Assembly (NCBI GenBank): GCA_037144045.1
Contig: JBAWXN010000002.1
Span: forward strand, 54,734 to 118,733
Direction of reading: 5' to 3'
Source: a bacterium
Lineage (GTDB): Bacteria > Patescibacteriota > Minisyncoccia > Phycocordibacterales > UBA1006
Length of the DNA: 64,000 bases
Part shown: positions 49,691 to 59,180 of the stretch, in pieces
Layout: every line of letters starts with the position of its first letter
Position numbering within the stretch: position 1 is the stretch's first letter
Notes under the pieces: generated by a model
What the model was told of the DNA's origin: nothing
Seen by the model: only the letters and a program-made list of their open reading frames with translations
The model's database searches: none
Translations under genes and position numbers: made by a program

Positions 49691-51118
49691 TTAATTAATG
49701 AGAGCAATAATATCTTGCTCTTCCTCATCAATGAGTTTAGCTAACTGACTTTTAGTTACATAGCGAACTTCAGCGATTTGCGCACCGCGGTAATGAGGAC
49801 TCACGCGCGCAGACTTTTCAATATCCACTTCATAAATCATAGCGCGAGTTTTTATACCCGCCTCACGATGACGCCAATCAGGCACCGCAACATCACCTAA
49901 AAACTTTAACGGTTTTCCACTCAGTTGGGTTTCAAGTTTTGTTGTAACCTTTCTGGTAAGCGCCTCTTCGAAGGTAGTATCCTTTGAAGGTACCATATAC
50001 CCACCAGGGAAACGAAATTTTCTCTCGTCTGACGATGCATACCTAACAATCGCAATTTTACCTTTCGCATTTTTAATGATAGCGCGTACCTGCATAAACA
50101 GCAGCACCTTCGGCTGTCGCAACTGTGCAGCAATAATTCCATGCGCATACGTCACATTAAGTGATTTATGCGACAGTACACGTCTCCGCAAATCAGTGGC
50201 GTTTACATCTGGTATTTCTTCAACACCATACACCGGAAACCTTCCCGTAGGAATGTAATGCTTTCCAAAGCCATCACGACCTTCAATAAGACATACGTCA
50301 TCATTAGCAAGATCTGGTTTCTGAATAAGTGAGGCAATTTGTTTTTCAATTTCAGTAGTCCAAACGCTGTTATAGCGCTGGTTGCGTAATGGAAAAATTT
50401 CATACTGCCTATCGCCATACCCAGCTTCAGTAATTGCTTCTTCAAAAAGTTTTTTGCGAACCCAGAATGGTAACACATTTCTCCCTGAAGGGAACGAGCG
50501 ATCGCACGCTAAAAAAATAATAACCATTTCGCCACGAGCAAACGCTTCATGAACTACTTGCATGTGCCCAACTGTTGGACCATCGGGACTGTGTGTACGC
50601 ATCACTGTCGATGCAACTAAAAATTTCTTTTTAGGACCTGTCAGCAATGGAGTAACCTTGACTGCCTCCAAAAGAAGTGACCAGTGTTTTTTTGGATCAA
50701 AGCCTGCTTTGTCATCCAAAATTAAATTCATGTATGGCTTCTTCGAAAAATCGGCATAGTGAGTATTACCCTGTTCGGGATTTTCGTTTACATAGGTAAA
50801 AATTATTCCTAACTTTTCAAACATTGCCTTGTACTGTTCCACATGATCATCTTTCGATGATGTGTAAATAACAAGCACTATGTCTTTTCGTGCGGAAAGA
50901 GCCTGAAGGGTCGCGAGTGCTCCATCAAAAAAATTTCTAGATATGTCACCACCCGTATAACTGGAACCTAGTACGGTGTCGTGCAAATCTACAAAAATGT
51001 AAATTTTGTCCCATTCGCGTGTACGAGCTTTTACAAACTCAGCAAACCATTTCGCAATAAGGGAATCTTTCATTAATTCTTCTATATTCATTTTTAATCG
51101 TTTTGCGTATTTAACCAT
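49691..51118 (-). CDS. HAD-like / NadM-type nucleotidyltransferase / degenerate Nudix fusion
   Basis: VDLHDT...DDKAGF; PTVGH, RNVLPF..RK, GRDGF, NATDLR; FPGG without the EE pair. The start may instead be 51091. Confidence 0.7.
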   Translation of the reverse strand: MVKYAKRLKMNIEELMKDSLIAKWFAEFVKARTREWDKIYIFVDLHDTVLGSSYTGGDISRNFFDGALATLQALSARKDIVLVIYTSSKDDHVEQYKAMFEKLGIIFTYVNENPEQGNTHYADFSKKPYMNLILDDKAGFDPKKHWSLLLEAVKVTPLLTGPKKKFLVASTVMRTHSPDGPTVGHMQVVHEAFARGEMVIIFLACDRSFPSGRNVLPFWVRKKLFEEAITEAGYGDRQYEIFPLRNQRYNSVWTTEIEKQIASLIQKPDLANDDVCLIEGRDGFGKHYIPTGRFPVYGVEEIPDVNATDLRRRVLSHKSLNVTYAHGIIAAQLRQPKVLLFMQVRAIIKNAKGKIAIVRYASSDERKFRFPGGYMVPSKDTTFEEALTRKVTTKLETQLSGKPLKFLGDVAVPDWRHREAGIKTRAMIYEVDIEKSARVSPHYRGAQIAEVRYVTKSQLAKLIDEEEQDIIALIN

Positions 51119-51190
51119 TAAAATATGAATAAGTAAAGGGTCTTCATATTTGTAGCATGTCGTGCTATTGTGATCAAAATAAAACAGCAT

Positions 51191-51733
51191 ATGAACATTA
51201 AAAAAGCAGTGGTATCGTTCCTTGTTATGAACTTAGGAACATCAGACAGTCCTTGGAATTTATTCTGTGGCTTTGATCCAGAAAAAAACCGTATTGTGTT
51301 TTTCAAAACCCTACGACTTCGATCAATCCCTAACTATTTTTCGCAAGACTCGGTAACTATCACCGTGACTCGTGATAACCAATTTTTTTCTTCGGGAAGT
51401 CCTCAACTTGTGGGACCTAACCATGAAGCGTATCAGCTCGATGGATTGCGAGAAATCTGTGGAGTAAAACATTCAACTGATCAACTAGACGCATTTCATT
51501 TCAATGATGGCGATATCGTTACCGTTGAAAAATCTGACTGGGCTCATGATGAAAACCCTATTGATATCCTTGCCACCCGTAGAACCGTTGGCACACCTCT
51601 TCATCAGGTTTACTCTGTGAATCAACGCACTATCGACCAGTTTAAGAATTTCTTCCAGGATCATCTTAACGTATTAACTACAACAGTGGTTGTGGAAAGT
51701 AATCCGGGACCCAACTACATGAAATATTTCTAA
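51191..51733 (+). CDS. hypothetical protein
   Basis: 180-aa ORF. Confidence 0.5.
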   Translation: MNIKKAVVSFLVMNLGTSDSPWNLFCGFDPEKNRIVFFKTLRLRSIPNYFSQDSVTITVTRDNQFFSSGSPQLVGPNHEAYQLDGLREICGVKHSTDQLDAFHFNDGDIVTVEKSDWAHDENPIDILATRRTVGTPLHQVYSVNQRTIDQFKNFFQDHLNVLTTTVVVESNPGPNYMKYF

Positions 51734-51767
51734 TTAAAAAAACGGCTTCGTGCCGTTTTATTTTAAT

Positions 51768-51992
51768 TTAGTTGTAAACATCAACCTTTCCACATTTTTC
51801 ACATTGGTATTTAATCCATGCGGGATCACCGTCTGGTCGAAACGTGCTTTGACTATGGTGCTGCATAGTGTGCAATCCACCTTTGGGGCAGATATCATCT
51901 GCGCTAATAATTGGTGTTTGAGGATTTTGATCCTCTGGATAATCATACTCATGGAAAATAGGATTCCAGGTTCCGTGCTTCTTGTCTGACAT
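51768..51992 (-). CDS. small Zn-ribbon-like hypothetical protein
   Basis: CPKGGLH...CEKCG. Confidence 0.45.
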   Translation of the reverse strand: MSDKKHGTWNPIFHEYDYPEDQNPQTPIISADDICPKGGLHTMQHHSQSTFRPDGDPAWIKYQCEKCGKVDVYN

Positions 51993-52060
51993 TTTATTTT
52001 GGTTTAGTGAACAATATAGTTCGTCCCAACTAGTATACCAAATTCTGTTTAGTTGAAACA

Positions 52061-52822
52061 CTACTTATTCCAGAGCTCTTTGAACACTTCACGCATATTG
52101 TGTGCCATTACAGAATCATGAATTTCAACCAGATAACAAGGTTTCTGCGCTGTAACAATAAGAACTATATACGAGCCAATAATCCACTGAGTACCGGTAA
52201 TATTATTTGTTCCTTTCCAGAAACGAATGTTTCTTTGGTTGATTTTTTCACTCTGCATTTGTGACTCAATATCTGAATCATTTGAAAACATTTTAAGGTT
52301 CACTTCTTTAGGTGCGTGTTTCCAAAACCAAACAATCCAATTTTTGTATTTTTCGACAAAGGTATGATCCTGAAAACCCCACCACGTAGGGTCATTTGCC
52401 AGATTACTTTCGATCCACCGAGGTGTTGCATCATGTAAATACTTATCAATATCTTCCTCGGCAACGAATCTGATTTTTGGTATTGAAAAAGTAGTAGATT
52501 GAGATACCAGTTTTAAAGCATCTTTTAATTCATGGAGACCTTCTTCCTTTTCCCTAAACTCTTTTCTGTCGTGCTCCAAAATTTTGTCTATTTCTTCAGG
52601 TTGAGCAGGGAGATAGTATAATGTCTTGCTTCCAAGATCTTCAATAATAAGACCTCGTGCTTTTAGCTCGTTTGCAACGCTATACACTGTAGTCCGATTT
52701 ATACCTGTTTTTCGTGAAATAGTTACTGGTGCAATTTTTCCGCTTTCTAAGATTAATTTATACACCTTTTTTGCTTTTATAGTTAACCCAAGCTTTTCTA
52801 AGATTTTGTCTAAGTTATCCAT
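52061..52822 (-). CDS. TrmB-family transcriptional regulator
   Basis: LGLT, GINRTTVY, PKIRF and FKELW motifs. Confidence 0.85.
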   Translation of the reverse strand: MDNLDKILEKLGLTIKAKKVYKLILESGKIAPVTISRKTGINRTTVYSVANELKARGLIIEDLGSKTLYYLPAQPEEIDKILEHDRKEFREKEEGLHELKDALKLVSQSTTFSIPKIRFVAEEDIDKYLHDATPRWIESNLANDPTWWGFQDHTFVEKYKNWIVWFWKHAPKEVNLKMFSNDSDIESQMQSEKINQRNIRFWKGTNNITGTQWIIGSYIVLIVTAQKPCYLVEIHDSVMAHNMREVFKELWNK

Positions 52823-52983
52823 ACGACTTTATAGTACCAGTGTTGTCTATTTATTGTCAACACATTTTTTTATTATTCTATTAAAGTGTTAGAAAATAAG
52901 TGTTTTTTTGTTATTATATATTGACATATATTGATATATGTGCTATATATAATAAGTATTATTAATCGGATTTATTAAACATT

Positions 52984-53808
52984 ATGAAAAAATATTCAAT
53001 CATTATTATTGGAATAATTGCAGTAATCGCCCTTATATTAGGCATTACAACATTATCAAGAAACAAATCTATATCTGTAGCAGAACGAGTTGTAAGTAAA
53101 GGAGAAATCCGGATTGGATACATTGTGTATCCACCATTACTCCTTAAGAACCCAGTAACAGGCGAACTTTCAGGCATTTCATACGACCTCGTTGAAGCTG
53201 CAGCAAAAAATCTGGGACTAAAAACTAACTGGGTCGAAGAAGTCGGATGGGGAACTGCAATCGAAGGACTAAAAACAAAGCGTTACGACATTCTAGGAAC
53301 TCAAATGTGGCCAAACTCTGCTCGTGCACGTGAAGCTGCATTTTCATTAGCTCCAATGAATAGTACTATCTATCCCTACGCACGACCTAACGATTATCGC
53401 TTTAATTCTCTTGAAAGTATTAATTCCTCGAATATTACTATCGGGGTTCTCGACGGAGAAATGGCATCATTTATTGCAGAACAAGATTATCCTAACGCTA
53501 AAGTAAACGCGCTTCCTCAACTTTCATCTTATTCTGAAGTTTTTCTTAATATTCTTAACAAGAAATCAGATGTTGCATTTGTCGAACCATCAGTTGCAAA
53601 TGATTTTCTGGAAAAGAATCCCGGCTCTGTTGTACGTATAGGAAACGAGCCCGTTCGTACTCTTGGGAACAGTTTCGCTTTTGCTCGAGGAGAAGATTCT
53701 ATGGTTACTATGTGGAATATTGCTATGCAGGAGCTTATTAACGATGGTACCGTAAAACGAACTCTCGAAAAGTACAATGTTTCTAAAGAATACACTATTA
53801 CTAAATAA
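52984..53808 (+). CDS. polar amino-acid ABC transporter substrate-binding protein (family 3)
   Basis: GEIRIGY..YPP, WGTAIEGLKTKRYD and LINDGT motifs. Confidence 0.85.
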   Translation: MKKYSIIIIGIIAVIALILGITTLSRNKSISVAERVVSKGEIRIGYIVYPPLLLKNPVTGELSGISYDLVEAAAKNLGLKTNWVEEVGWGTAIEGLKTKRYDILGTQMWPNSARAREAAFSLAPMNSTIYPYARPNDYRFNSLESINSSNITIGVLDGEMASFIAEQDYPNAKVNALPQLSSYSEVFLNILNKKSDVAFVEPSVANDFLEKNPGSVVRIGNEPVRTLGNSFAFARGEDSMVTMWNIAMQELINDGTVKRTLEKYNVSKEYTITK

Positions 53809-53820
53809 TTAATCACCTAC

Positions 53821-54474
53821 ATGTTCCAAGTTCTCATACAATACCACCACCTCTGGCTACATGGGTTTTTCATGACCTTGAAGCTACTAGGCACTATAAT
53901 ACTGATTGGAATTCCTACAGGGATCACTCTCGGAGTAATTGGGGGAAAATTTAGCACAGAACTTGGAGTCATTATCAAGGGCGCAAGATTCGTAACTAAA
54001 GTCATCCCGGTTCTTGTTCTTTTGTTTTGGCTACACTATCCACTACAAGGAATGTTGCACGTTGTAATAAATCCATTTTGGACAACCGTTATTGCACTGG
54101 GCCTTATTAATATGATTGCAACAGCATCCATTATTAGTATTGAACTACAACTAATTCCAAAAGCATACCGAGAAGCAGGAATCACTTTAGGCATGAATTC
54201 ACTGCAAATTGTGAAGTATATTGAACTTCCACTTTTACTCCGTCGAACCCTTCCCCAAATTCTCTTAGGTCAGGCATCCATACTCGAGTACACATTATTC
54301 GCTAGTCTCATTTCTGTACCAGAATTATTTCGTGTCGCGCAAACTATTAACGCTATGGCTTATAAACCTATTGCCATTTATTCACTTCTTGTTATTTTTT
54401 TTCTATTAATCCTAGGACCTCTTCATATATTAATTAACTGGATCAAGGAAAAATATATTGCCGAATATGCTTAA
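53821..54474 (+). CDS. amino-acid ABC transporter permease
   Basis: IPVLVLLFW, EAA loop (EAGITLGM) and SLISVPEL motifs. Confidence 0.88.
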   Translation: MFQVLIQYHHLWLHGFFMTLKLLGTIILIGIPTGITLGVIGGKFSTELGVIIKGARFVTKVIPVLVLLFWLHYPLQGMLHVVINPFWTTVIALGLINMIATASIISIELQLIPKAYREAGITLGMNSLQIVKYIELPLLLRRTLPQILLGQASILEYTLFASLISVPELFRVAQTINAMAYKPIAIYSLLVIFFLLILGPLHILINWIKEKYIAEYA

Positions 54475-55588
54475 CATTACCCACGCTACAAAAAAATATT
54501 CTCGAGGAAATTTAGTTCGAGGCATAACCGACGTTTCTTTAAAAGTAGAGACCGGGGAAATCGTTTGTATTCTCGGCTCAAGCGGTTCAGGTAAAAGCAC
54601 CTTACTTCGGGTTGCTGCCGGACTTGAACCACTTGATAGTGGATCACTTACACAAGATCCCAACATTTTTTCTAGTTATGTTTCACAAGAATACACTCTT
54701 TGGCCCCATCTCACTATTATTGAAAACATGACTCTCGCACCAAAACTTAACACAGCCACATCAATTGAAAATCTTCGCACGGAAGCACTTACCCTGCTCA
54801 AGCGATTTGAATTAGAAGATTATGCCGATACTTATCCCACGCAACTTTCTGGAGGTCAACGTCAACGCGTAGCGCTCTTACGAGCGGTTATTATGAAACC
54901 AAGAATTCTACTCTTGGATGAAATTACATCAGCTCTCGATCCGGAACTTACCAAAAGCGTTCTTGATCTTATTCGAGCACTAGCTAAAGATGGGTACACC
55001 ATGATTATCGTAACGCATCACATGTCATTCGCTTTATCAGTTGCAGATAGAATTATTTTTCTCAAAAACGGCTCTGTCGCAGCTGACCAAACTACTCATG
55101 AATTCTTTTTTAATCAGTCAAACCCAGAGATAAAATCCTTCATTATTGATATAGCAAAAAAAGATGACATGGTTGAAATTTTCAAAGGCGTTGAACAGTT
55201 TCAAGCCTATCATATAGGACTCATCAGAAAACTTCCTGAATGCTCAATTATTCATGTTGCAGGCGCCGTTGGCAATAGTTGGTATATTCCAATGGGTGAC
55301 TTTTATGAAAAATACGAACACCTCCGTCACCAAAAGAAAATAATTTGGAAAATGGTTACTTACGAACAGGGAGTCATTGATAAAAGACTCCTCAAGGAAT
55401 TTCCAGAATATAATCAATACCGACAAATGCCTCGAGCATTGCAGAACCCTGCAAACTATAATGTATTTGGTGACACGGTCATTACGCAAATCTTCGAAAA
55501 CGAACCTACGATTATTCAGATAAGAAGCCAGCATGTTGCGAATGCATACTTAAGGTTTTTTGAAGAACTTTGGGAGCTGTCAAAATAA
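54467..55588 (+). CDS. amino-acid ABC ATPase with C-terminal TrmB effector-like domain
   Basis: GSSGSGKS, LSGGQRQR, LLDEITSALDPE and VTHH motifs, plus an extra ~140-aa tail. Confidence 0.88.
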   Translation: MLNITHATKKYSRGNLVRGITDVSLKVETGEIVCILGSSGSGKSTLLRVAAGLEPLDSGSLTQDPNIFSSYVSQEYTLWPHLTIIENMTLAPKLNTATSIENLRTEALTLLKRFELEDYADTYPTQLSGGQRQRVALLRAVIMKPRILLLDEITSALDPELTKSVLDLIRALAKDGYTMIIVTHHMSFALSVADRIIFLKNGSVAADQTTHEFFFNQSNPEIKSFIIDIAKKDDMVEIFKGVEQFQAYHIGLIRKLPECSIIHVAGAVGNSWYIPMGDFYEKYEHLRHQKKIIWKMVTYEQGVIDKRLLKEFPEYNQYRQMPRALQNPANYNVFGDTVITQIFENEPTIIQIRSQHVANAYLRFFEELWELSK

Positions 55589-55607
55589 AAAGACTGTTAC
55601 AGTCTTT

Positions 55608-56504
55608 TTATTTTCCATGAAATTTTTTATGAACTTCACGTAATTGTTTATCGGTAACATGGGTATAGACTTGAGTTGTAGCAATATTGGCATGTCCCAG
55701 CATTATCTGCACACTACGCATATCAGCACCATTTGAAAGTAAGTCAGTTGCGAAACTGTGACGCAATACGTGCGGGGTAACCTTTTTATAAATACCTGCC
55801 TTGATTGCGTAGTGTTTCACAATGCGTTGAATAGACCGCGGCGTAAGTCGAGCATCAGAACCTTCATTAAAAGATTCACTTACAAATAATGGATCCGCCA
55901 TATCTTTACGTGATTTAAGGTAATCTCGCAAAACACTTTTAGCGCGATCTGATAGAAACACTACGCGCACCTTGTCTCCTTTTCCTCGAATTGAAAACTC
56001 ATCCTTAGATAAATCAATATCACGATTGAGTGAACATAATTCAGAAAGACGTAGCCCTGTAGAAAAAAAGAGTTCTAAAATAGCTAAATCTCGAGCGTTG
56101 TCACTTGCTGCTGCAAGGAATCGTTTGAGTTCAGCTCCCGAAAGAGGGTCAATGTCTCGCGATCCCGTCTTTGCAAGTTCGATCACATCCGGAGCCACTG
56201 AAGGAATGTTACACTTCTTCATGTATTTCAAGAAAGAGCGTAGTGCAATTAAATAGTAATTCTGCGTTGCCTTTTTCATAGTTCCCTGAGTTTGTCCTTT
56301 TACCTTAACTCCTTTAGAGCGATTCAAGTTAAGGCGAAATTCACGAATCATGGTCTCAGTAATATCAGCAGGGGATTTCACTTTACCAAACTCAAAAAAA
56401 ACATTGAGATAGTGCTCATAATTCCGAACGGTATTAAGTGCTCGCCCTTTTTCAATTTCTACATATTCAAGGAATTGGCGCTTCAGATCGTGAACGTCAT
56501 ACAT
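55608..56504 (-). CDS. XerC/XerD-type tyrosine recombinase
   Basis: TGLRLSEL, GKGDKVR, HVLRHSFAT and LGHANIATTQVY motifs. Confidence 0.9.
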   Translation of the reverse strand: MYDVHDLKRQFLEYVEIEKGRALNTVRNYEHYLNVFFEFGKVKSPADITETMIREFRLNLNRSKGVKVKGQTQGTMKKATQNYYLIALRSFLKYMKKCNIPSVAPDVIELAKTGSRDIDPLSGAELKRFLAAASDNARDLAILELFFSTGLRLSELCSLNRDIDLSKDEFSIRGKGDKVRVVFLSDRAKSVLRDYLKSRKDMADPLFVSESFNEGSDARLTPRSIQRIVKHYAIKAGIYKKVTPHVLRHSFATDLLSNGADMRSVQIMLGHANIATTQVYTHVTDKQLREVHKKFHGK

Positions 56505-56568
56505 ATGTAAGTATTGTACCACGTTGACAAAAAGCATAAAAAGGGGATACTTGAACAAATCTTCTATT

Positions 56569-56829
56569 ATGAGCATAAGAACTGCTTTTCTAGCAATTGC
56601 CTGGCTTCTTGGCATTATTATACAATTAGCCATTACCGGGATTATTATTTTTATAGCGTACCACCTTAAAAACTATAGTGCCGTGCACTTTTCGGAGTCC
56701 ACCTCTCACTTCACCTCACTAATTCCGATTGGAATCTGGATCCTTCAGTTATTCTTTTTCTTGCAATGGGCTGGGCTAATACCTAATAAAATAAGGAATT
56801 CCCAGGAAAGACACGAACTATTATCCTAA
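56569..56829 (+). CDS. hypothetical membrane protein
   Basis: Two TM helices; terminator at ~56835-56866. Confidence 0.4.
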   Translation: MSIRTAFLAIAWLLGIIIQLAITGIIIFIAYHLKNYSAVHFSESTSHFTSLIPIGIWILQLFFFLQWAGLIPNKIRNSQERHELLS

Positions 56830-56911
56830 CCATACCCCCTGGAACACGTTCTCGCGTTCCAGGGGGATTTTACTTGCATAAAAACAGAATGTGTGATAAA
56901 GTCATAGCACT

Positions 56912-57175
56912 ATGTTAACGACAGCCAAAAAACAAAAAGTGATGGCGGCATCAGCTCGAAAAGACGGAGATACTGGTTCACCAGAAGTACAAATCGCCCT
57001 TATTTCTGAACAAATCAGTCAATTGACGACTCACTTGCAAACCCACAAGAAAGACAACCATTCTCGCCGAGGATTGGTGATTATGGTAGCGCAACGACGA
57101 AAACTCTTAAATTACCTTAAGAAGTCAGACGTTAAAGCATACGAAAAAACACTTAAACTTGTTGGATTAAAGTAA
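56912..57175 (+). CDS. rpsO: 30S ribosomal protein S15
   Basis: DTGSPEVQIA and HKKDNHSRRGL motifs. Confidence 0.97.
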   Translation: MLTTAKKQKVMAASARKDGDTGSPEVQIALISEQISQLTTHLQTHKKDNHSRRGLVIMVAQRRKLLNYLKKSDVKAYEKTLKLVGLK

Positions 57176-57248
57176 TAAAAAACACCCTAAGGGTGTTTTT
57201 TATTTGACCTGGTTCAGTAAACCAGTATACTACAACAAATAACTCTGT

Positions 57249-57455
57249 ATGTTTTTTATAGATGATGATGAAGATGCCGCATGGGAGCAAGAACGCGAAC
57301 GTAACCGCAAATCAAAAAAATCGAATCGTAACGGATTTGATATGATCCATGCCGCACAACTCCTGAGACAAATACTTAACGAACTTTGTATTCCTGTAAT
57401 GGACCACCAACAACAACGTGCATTTGATAGGCGCAATAAAAATGGAACCAAGTAA
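57249..57455 (+). CDS. hypothetical protein
   Basis: 68-aa ORF behind a TTGACC/TATACT promoter. Confidence 0.35.
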   Translation: MFFIDDDEDAAWEQERERNRKSKKSNRNGFDMIHAAQLLRQILNELCIPVMDHQQQRAFDRRNKNGTK

Positions 57456-57499
57456 CCCTTGGTTTTTATTTATGCACAATAATTGATATACTGCACCTA

Positions 57500-59176
57500 A
57501 TGAAAACTGCGTATATTTTCCACGACGCCTTTTGCGATCCATTTTCAGAATGGTATCCATGGATGAAAACAACCCTCGAATCAAAAGGGTATTTAGTTAT
57601 CGTTCCAAAGTTTCCCAGCCCCGCAGGACAATCCTACGAATCTTGGAAAGTAGTTATAAAAAATTATATTAATACATTCGACAGTGACACGATTATCATC
57701 GGACATGGAACTGGTGGCGTATTTGGGTTACGGATCGTACAAGAACTTACTCAAAAGATTCAAGGATTGTTCCTGGTTGCAAGCTATGGCGAGCCGATTG
57801 GTAATATTGGATACGATCGTATTAATAAAACATTTTATGAACCTGCCCTGGATTGGAAAAAAATAAAGGAACACGCGATAACGATTCGCATCTTCGCAGG
57901 TGACCAAGACCCGTTTGTACCTCTTGCTATTACTGAACGACTTGCTGAAGGCCTTGGCGAAAACGTTGAAACCATTCCTGAGGGTGGCCACTTAGGAAAA
58001 GCTGCGGGGTTTACTCAATTAGTACCTGTAGCGTCTCGCATTTTTGAAAGTCTTTCTGAAATTGATAAATCTATTACTGTTGAAAAAAATACTGACGATG
58101 AAATAGCTGTATTAGCACCTATTGCAGTAAACCCGGTCGCACCTCAACAAGAACCTATTTCCCAGGCAGATAAACCTGTTCATAATCCGGAACTCCACGC
58201 TCATACAATGTATCAAGACATGTCACACCTGGTTAATTCCAATAAAGGAACGGTTGCCTCATCACTCCTGACTAAGGCTCGTACCGACAAAGCAGTGGCC
58301 GATGCAGCATCACCCGCATCTGGGAAAAATATTATGTATACCTTGTTTTCAATTTTCCTCATCGGAGCAACACTCGGTATTGTAATATTCCTCGTTCAAA
58401 AATATGCACCCACACCAACTATTCCACCAACTCCTGAAGTGCTCTCATTGATTAAGTCTGAAGAACATAAAAAAATAACTCTCAGTGGCGAACCAGTATT
58501 CCTCCTTGATCAGAAAATTAGGAATGTTTTTGAACAGCCCATGACTGATGGCACGATTAGAGATATTTATTATGTTAATGCAACGGGTCGCGCATCATTT
58601 AGCGATCTGATTACTGCACTTGGTATTACTAACTTACCAGCGGGACTTACTGACGAATTCCCAAGTAGTGAAAACAGTGTTCCAGTGTTCATGCATGGAC
58701 TTTCTACTAAAAACCAAGTTGCACGCCATTTCTTAGTTATTAAGATAAACAATTACGATATAACGTTTGCGTTTATGAAGCAGTGGGAACGAACCATGCT
58801 TAAAGACCTTGGACCGCTCATGAATATTTCATCAGATTTTTTAAAAACACGATTAGGTAAAGACGTGTTTCAAGATGAATTATTACAGAATAAAAACGTT
58901 CGCACGTTGCGCTATCGTAAACCAGTGACAATTAGTTTAGATGATACCTCTACCGCGGTCACATCTACTACTTCGTCAGCATTAGATTCTATAAGTTCAA
59001 CCGTGCAAACTGTTCTTGCTAACAATCCGTTTACGAATCAGTCAGCTCCGTATCAGGAAAAAGATCTCATGATTTCGTACTTTTTCTTGAATGAAAAAAC
59101 GCTCGTAATCACTGATAACCTTGAATTAGTTCCTGAACTCCTCAAGCGTTACGCCAACAGCCAAATATACCAGTAA
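57500..59176 (+). CDS. YdeN/RBBP9-like alpha/beta hydrolase fused to TM and extracellular domain
   Basis: WYPW, IIGHGTGG, DPFVP and GGH motifs; TM helix at ~aa 280-300. Confidence 0.75.
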   Translation: MKTAYIFHDAFCDPFSEWYPWMKTTLESKGYLVIVPKFPSPAGQSYESWKVVIKNYINTFDSDTIIIGHGTGGVFGLRIVQELTQKIQGLFLVASYGEPIGNIGYDRINKTFYEPALDWKKIKEHAITIRIFAGDQDPFVPLAITERLAEGLGENVETIPEGGHLGKAAGFTQLVPVASRIFESLSEIDKSITVEKNTDDEIAVLAPIAVNPVAPQQEPISQADKPVHNPELHAHTMYQDMSHLVNSNKGTVASSLLTKARTDKAVADAASPASGKNIMYTLFSIFLIGATLGIVIFLVQKYAPTPTIPPTPEVLSLIKSEEHKKITLSGEPVFLLDQKIRNVFEQPMTDGTIRDIYYVNATGRASFSDLITALGITNLPAGLTDEFPSSENSVPVFMHGLSTKNQVARHFLVIKINNYDITFAFMKQWERTMLKDLGPLMNISSDFLKTRLGKDVFQDELLQNKNVRTLRYRKPVTISLDDTSTAVTSTTSSALDSISSTVQTVLANNPFTNQSAPYQEKDLMISYFFLNEKTLVITDNLELVPELLKRYANSQIYQ

Positions 59177-59180
59177 TCAT

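Noticed and set aside
55608-56504. Prophage or island integrase
   Set aside because: It is a Xer-sized enzyme among housekeeping genes; no att repeats, phage genes or recognisable dif site were seen.
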